Part shown: positions 12,695-23,214 of the stretch, one piece after another
Layout of the letters: each line of letters begins with the position of its first letter
Numbering within the stretch: position 1 is the first letter of the stretch
Origin: Macrostomum lignano
Taxonomy: Eukaryota
Assembly (NCBI GenBank): GCA_002269645.1
Contig: NIVC01002269.1
Span: 47,129-111,128, forward strand
Length of the DNA: 64,000 bases
Reading direction: 5' to 3'
Notes under the pieces: generated by a model
Database searches by the model: none
Told to the model about the DNA's origin: nothing
Seen by the model: only the letters and a program-made list of their open reading frames with translations
Program-made: the position numbers and the translations under genes

Positions 12695-14414
12695 ATGGAA
12701 AAGCTGCTGGTCATTCAGACAGGAGGTAAGAAATTTGAGCTCGTCGTTTAGGGCCTGTTCAAACATCAGTTGGATGCAGGAAACCTACATTGAAAGTAGG
12801 TTTTTGAACATACTTCCTTCCTGGATCCTTTCTAAGGTGTGTCCTTTTTAAGGTCCTCGGGTCATAGGGTCTTTCAGATCATCAGGCTGGGGCCACCATC
12901 TTCCTTTATCATCAGGTTGGGGCCACCATCTTCCTTTATCATCAGGTTGGGGCCACCATCTTCCTTTATCATCAGGTTGGGGCCACCATCTTCCTTTATC
13001 ATCAGGTTGGGGCCACCATCTTCCTTCATCATCAGGTTGGGGCCACCATCTTCCTTTATCATCAGGTTGGGGCCACCATTTTCCTTTATCATCAGGTTGG
13101 GGCCACCATCTTCCTACACCATTTTCCTTCCAATCTTCATGTAGTTTGGTAACCTATTTTATAGCTAGATCAAAACTGTCGATTCCCCAGGCACCATAGA
13201 CAAATGCTATCCCAGAGCCATCGGAGGCTACGCCTTTGAGTTCGGGGACAGCGGCTATTGCCGTCAACTATTGGAGCGACAGCTCTCCGATTGGGAGTCG
13301 CGATTCGAATTTCTATCGATATTTGCCAAAGACGGTCAGGACATTTCCGACGTGTGTGTGTGCGTGTGCATGCTCAAGAGTCAGCGGATTGGGCACGACT
13401 GCTTAACTGCCTTCTCACTGGCTGCGGTTCGACTGTCACCTTGAGCTAAGGCAGTATCTAAACTGCCCCACTAAGGTAATTGGTATAAAAAACCACGCGA
13501 ACTAATTTATTGCAGAGTAAAATTGGCCGAGGTCATTAAGTCGAGCGGCAGTCGAAGGGTCCTTGTAACGCATGGCACGGACACACTGTTGGACACGGCC
13601 AGGTTTCTTCAGAGCTACCTAAAATCAGGGAGGGCACTTACATGTATATTGTCGGTATTTTCTTTATAAATAATCAACTATCCTTACCAGTTAACTGCAC
13701 CAAATATGGAATCCCAGTGCATGATGAATGGAAATTGATGAGTATCAAAAGGCTCATTAAGGGATTAATCAGACTAGAAAGGCACTTCCCGTTCCGTCCC
13801 GTTCCGTCCCGTTCCGTCCCGTTCCGTCCCGTTCCGTCCCGTTCCGTCCCGTTCCGTCCCGTTCCGTCCCGTTCCGTCCCGTTCCGTCCCGTCCCGTTCC
13901 GTCCCGTTCCGTCCCGTTCCGTCCCGTTCCGTCCCGTTCCGTCCCGTTCCGTCCCGTTCCGTCCCGTTCCGTCCCGTTCCGTCCCGTTCCGTCCCGTTCC
14001 GTCCCGTTCCGTCCCGTTCCGTCCCGTTCCGTCCCGTTCCGTCCCGTTCCGTCCCGTTCCGTCCCGTTCCGTCCCGTTCCGTCCCGTTCCGTTCCGAATT
14101 AGCACGACAGCTCACGCGCCTAATTCTCTACAGACTTTGACGTCGCCAGCACCGCAGCGCCAGTTGTAATTCTGACCGGCGCCAGACTGCCCGGCGCTTT
14201 CAAAGACACCGACGCCGATTTAAACATCGGCTTTGCCCTCGGCTGTCTGGCCGCCGCCAGACCCGCTGCCAGAGACCAGGCCAATGGCGGCAATCGGACA
14301 ACGTTGCTCAAGCCAGGTGTTTACACCTGTATGAACCTGCGACTCATGCGACCCGACGAAGTGGTCAGGAATTTGGAAACCGGAGCGTTTGACTGGCCTG
14401 CCTGTTCCGACTAA
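12695..14414 (+). CDS. L-asparaginase family protein, N-terminal catalytic domain only (~200 aa), 4 exons
   Basis: Exons 12695-12725, 13191-~13359 (donor uncertain, 13353 also in phase), 13516-13643, 14134-14414. Spliced product MEKLLVIQTGGTIDKCYPRAIGGYAFEFGD...KDGQDISD...VLVTHGTDTLLDTARFL...VILTGARLPGAFKDTDADLNIGFALG...PGVYTCMN...RNLETGAFDW. Has the GGT and HGTDT asparaginase motifs; AATAAA at about 14511. Confidence 0.88.
12880..13120. repeat. 30-bp minisatellite in asparaginase intron 1
   Basis: Unit atcatcaggttggggccaccatcttccttt, about 8 copies. Confidence 0.95.
13787..14096. repeat. (GTTCCGTCCC)n 10-bp repeat in asparaginase intron 3
   Basis: Near-perfect array of about 31 units. Confidence 0.97.
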
Positions 14415-14699
14415 CGCGTCACAAATATCCGCATCGATGCGACCGATATTTCTAAGAAATTCGAAATCATGCAGAAGTTGTCCGTGATTGAGCACTAAGA
14501 CAATCGGTGCAATAAATCACTTTTAGTTGCAAAAAATTGTTTTGACTGACAATGGTTATTGATTTGATATTATTGTACGAGTATTTATTACACCGAATTC
14601 GATTTATATACACATAACGACGATAGACGTTAAATATTACGAAAATATGTCAGGCTGTGGCCGTGTGCTGGACTGTAATTAAACTTTTGGTCTTCTTCG

Positions 14700-15958
14700 A
14701 TCGGGACTCATCCGGATTCTGGGATCGGGACTCATCAGGATTCTGGAATCGGGACTCATCGGGATTCTGGGATCGGGATTCATCAGGATTCTGGGATCGG
14801 GACTCATCAGGATTCTGGGATCGGGATTCATCAGGATTCTGGGATCGGGATTCATCAGGATTCTGGGATCGGGATTCATCAGGATTCTGGGATCGGGATT
14901 CATCAGGATTCTGGGATCGGGATTCATCAGGATTCTGGGATCGGGATTCATCAGGATTCTGGGATCGGGATTCATCAGGATTCTGGGATCGGGATTCATC
15001 AGGATTCTGGGATCGGGATTCATCAGGATTCTGGGATCGGGACTCATCGGGATTCTGGGATCGGGATTCATCAGGATTCTGGGATCGGGACTCATCAGGA
15101 TTCTGGGATCGGGACTCATCAGGATTCTGGGATCGGGATTCATCAGGATTCTGGGATCGGGATTCATCAGGATTCTGGGATCGGGATTCATCAGGATTCT
15201 GGGATCGGGATTCATCAGGATTCTGGGATCGGGATTCATCAGGATTCTGGGATCGGGACTCATCAGGATTCTGGGATCGGGACTCATCAGGATTCTGGGA
15301 TCGGGACTCATCGGGATTCTGGGATCGGGATTCATCAGGATTCTGGGATCGGGACTCATCAGGATTCTGGGATCGGGACTCATCGGGATTCAGGGATCGG
15401 GATTCATCAGGATTCTGGGATCGGGACTCATCGGGATTCTGGGATCGGGATTCATCAGGATTCTGGGATCGGGACTCATCAGGATTCTGGGATCGGGACT
15501 CATCAGGATTCTGGGATCGGGATTCATCAGGATTCTGGGATCGGGATTCATCAGGATTCTGGATCGGGATTCATCAGGATTCTGGGATCGGGATTCATCA
15601 GGATTCTGGGATCGGGATTCATCAGGATTCTGGGATCGGGACTCATCGGGATTCTGGGATCGGGATTCATCAGGATTCTGGGATCGGGACTCATCATGAT
15701 TCTGGGATCGGGACTCATCAGGATTCTGGGATCGGGATTCATCAGGATTCTGGGATCGGGATTCATCAGGATTCTGGGATCGGGATTCATCAGGATTCTG
15801 GGATCGGGATTCATCAGGATTCTGGGATCGGGATTCATCAGGATTCTGGGATCGGGACTCATCAGGATTCTGGGATCGGGACTCATCAGGATTCTGGGAT
15901 CGGGACTCATCGGGATTCTGGGATCGGGATTCATCAGGATTCTGGGATCGGGACTCAT
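14700..15958. repeat. 24-bp minisatellite, about 52 copies
   Basis: Unit gggatcggga(c/t)tcatcaggattct; one 1-bp slip near 15560. Confidence 0.97.
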
Positions 15959-15959
15959 C

Positions 15960-16145
15960 TCGAGCTGCACACCCTCGCGCTCGTAAAAGTTGGCCATGTA
16001 GGCGGCCTTATCCTCATCGGACATGGAGGAGGAACCGCCAGACTCTTCCTTGAGCAGTGTGTCGGCGTCCGTGCGCACACTTTTGCTACACAGAGTCCCA
16101 TGCCGACCCATTGTGCGCGATAGCAATGGTCCCTTTTGTAAAAAC
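15960..16145 (-). pseudogene. Relic of a Polinton/Maverick-type protein-primed DNA polymerase B (two fused fragments)
   Basis: Minus strand gives KGTIAIAHNGSAWDS (Exo II-like IAHNxxxxD motif), then in another frame TLLKEESGG...SDEDKAAYMANFYEREGVQL, resembling the pPolB segment (FLKxKQESSG...EEDKxxYIxxYYEREGIxLD) before the KxxxNSxWG motif. Recognised by eye only. Confidence 0.65.
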
Positions 16146-16157
16146 CGCTAGTTTAAA

Positions 16158-16378
16158 GGCAGGGAGAGAGGCAGGGAGAGAGGCGGGGAGAGAGGCAGGG
16201 AGAGAGGCAGGGAGAGAGGCAGGGAGAGAGGCAGGGAGAGAGGCAGGGAGAGAGGCAGGGAGAGAGGCAGGGAGAGAGGCAGGGAGAGAGGCAGAGGAGA
16301 GAGGCAGGGAGAGAGGCAGGGAGAGAGGCAGGGAGAGAGGCAGGGAGAGAGGCAGGGAGAGAGGCAGAGGAGAGATGC
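16158..16378. repeat. 12-bp purine-rich repeat (GGCAGGGAGAGA)n
   Basis: Directly visible array. Confidence 0.95.
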
Positions 16379-16930
16379 AGGCTGGGGCACCAGCCAAAGG
16401 GAGGGGCCCGGCTATTATCAATACTGGTCGGACACCCACCTTGCCTCCAGCATGTATTAAGTACTGTGCGACTGAATATATCTCTTCAGAAGTGTGCAGT
16501 TGGTCAATCCAAAACCCCACGAAAGCTCAAGTTGAAAGCCTGAAAGAAATCTCTTCCATTCATTGCCTTGAGTACAGTGAAACCTGAGAACTCACAAAAA
16601 CGGTTTGGAAAGAGGGGGTGAGAGAAAAATGAATGTACATGTACTGCTCATGAGACGCCTGTGCGCACAACGCCTTCCATGCTTTTTACCATGCGATAGC
16701 AGCAAACTGTGCACACTGCTTTCTCATTTCTGTCCCCCGCTACTGCTTCGGTACAAAAAGAGCCAGCTTGGAAAAGACAAAATTTTATAAATTCTTGCGC
16801 ACCACTGACGGGACTCCTGCGGATAGCCCCCCCCCCCAACGAACGTTCGTTGGAGAGCCCACCCAACGAACTGGTCGTTGCTACGTAGTCCTGTACCGGA
16901 ATCTACAGAATTCGATAAGCTGCCGTGGTC

Positions 16931-19900
16931 ATGCGACCCGCTCGAAATGAGCGAGACAACCTGGAGAGAGACATGAAGGACAGGATGACACAAATGCGGC
17001 TGAGGCTGCTGGAGGAGGTGAGGTCGGGAGTTGAAGATGCTGAGCACAGACAGTATTAAGCTGAGTACAGACAGTATTAAGCTGAGTACAGACAGTATTA
17101 AGCTGAGTACAGACAGTATTAAGCTGAGTACAGACAGTATTGAGCTGAGTACAGACAGTATTGAGCTGAGTACAGACATTATTGAGCTGAGTACAGACAG
17201 TATTGAGCTGAGTACAGACAGTATTGAGCTGAGTACAGACATTATTGAGCTGAGTACAGACAGTATTGAGCTGAGTACAGACAGTATTAAGCTGAGTACA
17301 GACAGTATTAAGCTGAGTACAGACAAAACTCGCACACAACCGCAGAAACTGGAAGCTGAGCGGCGGCAGAGCGCGGCATCGCCGGGAGCAGCTTCGGGCG
17401 ACTCCGAGCGTCAGCTGGAGGCGGCGCGGTCTCGTCAGGCTGAGCTCCGAGACCTGCTGGATCGCGAGCGTCAGCTGTCCGAAAGGCTACGGCGCCAGGA
17501 GCTGCGGCCACCGAGGCAGCAACGACGGGACAGCGGAGACGGTGGCAGCCCGAGGCACCGACGGCGAGGAGATGAAGGGCGGGGAGGTGAGAGTTTGAGA
17601 GAGATTCAATCAGGAGATTTAAAATCCCTTGTTCAAAGCCCCATGCTGAGACAGCAAGGTTGAAGATTATTTTAGCGAATTTAGTCAGTCTTAGTGTCTG
17701 TTAGTGTCTTTCTTAGTGTCTGTCTTAGTGTCTGTTAGTGTCTGTTAGTGACTTTCTTAGTGTCTGTCTTAGTGTCTGTTAGTGTCTGTTAGTGTCTTTC
17801 TTAGTGTCTGTTAGTGTCTTTCCTAGTGTCTGTTAGTGTCTTTCTTAGTTTCTGTTAGTGTCTTTCTTAGTGTCTGTCTTAGTGTCTGTTAGTGTCTGTT
17901 AGTGTCTTTCTTAGTGTCTGTCTTAGTGTCTGTTAGTGTCTGTTAGTGTCTTTCTTAGTGTCTGTTAGTGTCTGTTAGTGTCTGTTAGTGTCTTTCTTAG
18001 TGTCTGTTAGTGTCTTTCTTAGTGTCTGTCTTAGTGTCTGTTAGTGTCTTTCTTAGTGTCTGTTAGTGTCTTTCTTAGTGTCTGTTAGTGTCTGTTAGTG
18101 TCTTTCTTAGTGTCTGTTAGTGTCTGTTAGTGTCTTTTTTAGTGTCTGTCTTAGTGTCTGTTAGTGTCTGTCTTAGTGTCTGTCTCAGTGTCTGTCTTAG
18201 TGTCTGTCTCAGTGTCTGTCTTAGTGTCTGTCTTAGTGTCTGTCTTAGTGTCTGTCTTAGTGTCTTTCTTAGTGTCTGTCTTAGTGTCTGTCTTAGTGTC
18301 TATCTCAGAGTCTGTCTCAGTGTCTGAGTTTCTGGCTTACTACTCGTATCTTTAGTATCTGTCCTAATAACTGTCTTAGTGCCATCGTAATCATCCTGCA
18401 AGTTTGAAACTCTGAAATAATATTACATCGCTATATACATACGGATTTGTTTCACTATCTTCATGAGACGAGTCTAAAACTCCAATTATACTACTTACTC
18501 GTATCAGTATCGTTAACAATCGGTAACACTATCTCACCTAAATACACATGTACAACAAATAGGCAAAATGTCTCGCAATGCACTACATACTAGCAGTAGT
18601 ATTAATTAGCAGCTCGCATGCCCTTACTAAAAATGAACCATATTAAATTTAATTTTCCCTTGTCATCGATTTCTTTTTCAAAGATCGCTTCTCCAACATG
18701 ATGGAGATGATGATGATGCAGAACTCCCAGATGCACAATCTGATGCTCAACCAGATGATGGCGCGGAATACAGCGGAGCTGCAGAAGCCGCCGCCCCCGC
18801 CGCCACCTCCGCCGCCGCCGCCGCAGCCAATGTTCATGCCGATGCCAGGGTTTGAGTCTTTCATGCAGCAGCAGCAGCAGCGGCCACCGGGGACGCCTTC
18901 ACGGTCGGATAGAGATCAGCCGAAAAAGTAAGTTGCTCAGCTAAAATGCCTCTGCTGTGGTGGTGTCAATGGCTGCATCAGAAGTGACTTTCAGGGCTGG
19001 CTGACATCCCTGCCTGATCCTCAGTTGCTGTACCAACCTCCCAGATCCTCAGCTGCTGGGCCAGCCTCCCAGATCCTCAGTTGCTAGGCCAGCCTCCCAG
19101 ATCCTCAGCTGCTGGGCCAGCCTCCCAGATCCTCAGTTGCTGGGCCAGCCTCCCAGATCCTCAGTTGCTGGGCCAACCTCCCAGATCCTCAGTTGCTGGG
19201 TCAGCCTCCCAGATCCTCAGTTGCTGGGCCAGCCTCCCAGATCCTCAGTTACTGGGCCAGCCTCCCAGATCCTCAGTTACTGGGCCAGCCTCCCAGATCC
19301 TCAGTTGCTGGGCCAGCCTCCCAGAGCATCAGTTACTAGGCCAGCCTCCCAGATCCTCAGTTACTGGGCCAGCCTCCCAGATCCTCAGTTGCTGGGCCAA
19401 CCTCTCAGATCCTCAGTTGCTGGGCCAGCCTCCCAGAGCATCAGTTACTGGGCCAGCCTCCCAGATCATCAGTTGGTTTTTATTCATAAACTTCAGCAAC
19501 CAAGATAAATGAGGTGGAGGAATATCAGAAATTTTTCGAAGAAGATTTCACCGCAGACATTCTGCATAAATAAGCTTGACGAAGCAATTCTTTTTTCTTT
19601 GAAAAATTTCCTTGAAAAATCTATAGACCGGCTGATGCCACACCAAAGCCTGCGACACCAGCAAAGGAGTCACCGAAAGGGGCTGCGAAGGGTAAGCTAT
19701 TTAAAGTCAATAAAGGTTTTTATAGATGCGGGGATTTTCACAGTGGCGTATGTCCTATCGCAATCGCGCCAATAAAAATAACGCTCCGCCAAAAATTGAC
19801 GTCAGGAGCTCAAGTTTTGCCACCTCTTGGGCGTGATATCCACAAGGCCTAGGAGACAGGGGCGAACACAAAGAGACAGGGGCGAACACAAAGAGACAGG

Positions 19901-22647
19901 GGCGCCCACCAAGAGACAGGGACGCTCACCAAGAGGCTGGGGGCGCCCACCAAGAGGCAGGGACGCTCACCAAGAGGCAGAGGGCACTCACCAAGAGGCA
20001 GGGACGCTCACCAAGAGGCAGGGACGCTCACCAAGAGGCAGAGGGCACTCACCAAGAGGCAGGGACGCTCACCAAGAGGCAGGGGGCACTCACCAAGAGG
20101 CAGGGACGCTCACCAAGAGGCAGGGGGCACCTAGCAAGAGACAGGGGCGTCCATCAATAGACAGAGGCACCCACCAAGAGACGAAGGGGCAATACCTCAA
20201 AATTTCTTGAGAATCCTATCGATCATTACAGCGGAGTCGGAGGATGAAGAGGAACAAGTCCCGTTTCCATTTCCTGGAAATAGTGAGTTATTTTTTTTCA
20301 AATTCGTGCGCAAAACCTACAATTATTTCTACATTGACTTCCGGCTGACAAATTTGGCATTGCAGAAAGCCAGCAGAAACTCAGGAGACTGGCCTACACA
20401 GCGTTCTTCCTGGCTTCCCTGAACCGTCTAACAAATGAGGTTGGAAAAATGTCTTTAATGAGATTTTGCATTTAAAATGATGTCAATTGGGTAATGCTTT
20501 TCTGCTTTAAAAATCTCGTGCATTCGATTTGCAGAACAAATTTCGACCCCGCTTCGATTTTCTATTCGACGTCCGCTTGAAAGAGATGCTGGAGACCCTG
20601 CATCGAATCTACAAGACTCCGGATGGCCCCTTGTACAGCGTCACCTTTGCCACGGTGATGGGGGACGAAGCGATGGAACTGACTGAGCTGATGAATGTGC
20701 CGAAGACGCTGAGCAAAGATGAGGAACGAGTTGTAGCTCAGGAGTTGGCCTACTGTATCGAGAATACAGTGTTTCAAGTTACCGATATAATGGTATAATA
20801 GCCTGTAGTTGCTAAACACTCTACTGTCAGTAAAAATATCGACATTTACAGCCTATGTTTAGTTTACAACGCATAAACATTTCAGCCAACAAAAGGCATT
20901 CTTGGCACTCATCGGAAGTCGGGAGTTTTCGAGATGATTCGTTCTGGCAATTTGTTTCCGAAGGGCTACTTCTATGATATGGAGAAAGTGAGTGATATGT
21001 CCACCAAGCCCCAACCAAGATACAGGGACACCTACTAATTAGGCAGGGACACCCAACAAGAGACACGGACACCAATCAAGAGACAGGGGTGCCCACCAAG
21101 AGACAGGGGTAACCCACAGAGAGACATGGACACCGACCAATAGACATAGGTAGGAACACCCACCAATAAAAGACAGGTGCATCCACCAAGAGACAGGGGC
21201 ACCCACCAGAGACCACGAGACACCAAAATCCTTCGGGTTGCTGTTTTAACTAATTAAAACCACTGACAAAAAATTCATCGGTTTTCTCTAAACGGAGATC
21301 GAAAAGATTGCATTTTTGCATAGCCTTGAATAGGGATTTACCATAGACAAACTCCAGAGGCCAAGATGTGGCCATTTTTTATAAACTAATCAAGGACAAC
21401 TATTAAGTTGTCCTTGGACCGTCTATCTATTCTAATAAAGTTGACGTCTTCTTCTACTGTAGTTTTTCATAATTCTAAGCCATGCAATTTATTTTAAACG
21501 GGTTTTAATACACCAATTATATTCTCGACCAATCAGAACGCGATGCAATTTGACGACGAGGGCAGAACGAGCAGAGTGACCGACTGCAACGCCCGGATGC
21601 TGCTTATCGGCCTGTTTCTGATGCGAGCTCTGGTCGAAACGGTAGGCTAGATATCCCGCTTTACTACTTGTATTGTCTACTATAAGTAGTAAGGAAATTT
21701 AGAAATACTTCACAATTCGCTACAAAAACTATCCGCAGCTCTACCTCAAGACTGAGCACTACGGCATGGTTGTGGAAACTACTCAGAAAGCGGAGCGCAA
21801 CATTCGCCTGGTGTCAACTCTACTCACCTACATCTATCGCAAAGTTGTGGGTCAGCTGGTTGTTATGGACCAGGGCACTAAGAAGGCCCGTGTGTCCATT
21901 CCAGTGCGTGAGGGTGCAGAAAACCGGGGGTTACGGGTAGGAGACGGGAGTGAGGTGGGTACAGAAAATAAGGGGTAGCAGACTGGGAATGGGGTGGGTA
22001 CAGAAAATAAGGGGTAGCAGACGGGGAGTGGGGTGGGTGCAGAAAATAAGGGGTAGCAGACTGGGAGTGAGGTGGGTGCAGAAAATAAGGGGTAGCAGAC
22101 TGGGAGTGGGGTGGGTGCAGAAAATAAGGGGTAGCAGACTGGGAGTGGGGTGGGTGCAGAAAATAAGGGGTAGCAGACGGGGAGTGGGGTGGGTGCAGAA
22201 AATAAGGGGTAGCAGACGGGGAGTGGAGTGGGTGCAGAAAATAAGGGGTAGCAGACTGGGAGTGAGGTGGGTGCAGAAAATAAGGGGTAGCAGACTGGGA
22301 GTGAGGTGGGTGCAGAAAATAAGGGGTAGCAGACTGGGAGTGAGGTGGGTGCAGAAAATAAGGGGTAGAAGAAAGGGAGTGAGGTGGGTGCAAGTGCCAA
22401 CCAATCGGCGTGGAGCTGGACTGTACACAAAGATGGTCTGAAAATACTAAATATATTCTAAAAATAACCCACCGCATTCAAACAAAACCAGGACGTCCCA
22501 AGCGAGCTAAGCGGCGTAATGCACACAGACCAAGAGATCCGACCCGTGATAAGGGTGGCAAAGAAGAGCCTTGACTATGCCAACAATTTGCTCATGCACT
22601 GGTCAGAGGAGTACGTCAAAAGACTGCGAGGCGCCGGTTTTACTTAA
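16931..22647 (+). CDS. C21orf58/DUF4587-like protein with long C-terminal extension, 11 coding exons
   Basis: Exons 16931-17017, 17346-17586, 18684-18927, 19627-19691, 20232-20282, 20366-20439, 20535-20792, 20886-20987, 21537-21641, 21739-21903, 22492-22647 join in frame with GT-AG ends. [19 protein letters not shown] and [21 protein letters not shown] resemble C21orf58 ([40 protein letters not shown]). In-frame stop upstream of the ATG. Confidence 0.8.
17040..17325. repeat. 21-bp minisatellite, intron 1 of C21orf58-like gene
   Basis: Unit gctgagtacagacagtatt(a/g)a. Confidence 0.95.
17685..18330. repeat. 10/12-bp repeat (TTAGTGTCTG / TTAGTGTCTTTC), intron 2
   Basis: Interleaved ttagtgtctg, ttagtgtctgtc and ttagtgtctttc units. 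Confidence 0.93.
19000..19470. repeat. 28-bp minisatellite, intron 3
   Basis: Unit ctgggccagcctcccagatcctcagttg. Confidence 0.95.
19850..20190. repeat. 20/22-bp minisatellite, intron 4; related degenerate copies at about 21000-21230 in intron 8
   Basis: Unit caccaagaggcagggacgct and variants; the caccaagagacagggg motif recurs at 21000-21230. Confidence 0.85.
21945..22392. repeat. 39-bp minisatellite, intron 10
   Basis: Unit gggtgcagaaaataaggggtagcagactgggagtgaggt. Confidence 0.95.
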
Positions 22648-23214
22648 ATAACAATTCGACTCAGTGACTTAACAATGATTTATATTGCTACTGACATGCA
22701 CACTATGAAGTCAGTAGTAAGTTGCAGAACTGGATATTAAATAAATGATGTTGAAACTTGCAAAATTTTCTTTCCAAAACTGCATTCAAATAACAACTTT
22801 TGCAAAAATGTAATTAATATGTTCCCTCAATCAGAATATGCAACGCGCTGACTAATATAGAATTAATAGAATTCATAAAATTACAAACAACAACAATAAA
22901 AGTGACACAGCCGACACCAAAGATTGAAAAAGGATAACATGAAAAAAAATTAAAATTTTAATTGCAAATTTAGGAATCAAGTAGGCATTTTATGCGTCTC
23001 TCGTCTAGCAAGGAAGGAGTTTGGGAAGACGGAGAAGGCATGCACGAAGAACTGTGGAGGACAAAACTTTGCTGGAAACGTATACGTGCATACTAAGTAG
23101 GCAGTAGTGTGCTACGCTAATTCAATGTCATTTTTGCGTAAATTTCTGAAAATACATGTAAATATTCAGGGTTAGAAGCGATTTTTATTGGCACATCTCA
23201 TGAATGTGGTTAAG

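Noticed and set aside
12860-13150. Antisense (RWWPQPDDKG)n resembling a neuropeptide precursor with G-K/R sites
   Set aside because: It lies in asparaginase intron 1, no signal peptide or start was found, and it is explained by the 30-bp minisatellite.
19725-19800. Possible alternative terminal exon of the C21orf58-like gene (ag|..[15 protein letters not shown] with AATAAA)
   Set aside because: It is not needed for the in-frame model, would require a 34-nt intron, and has no independent support.
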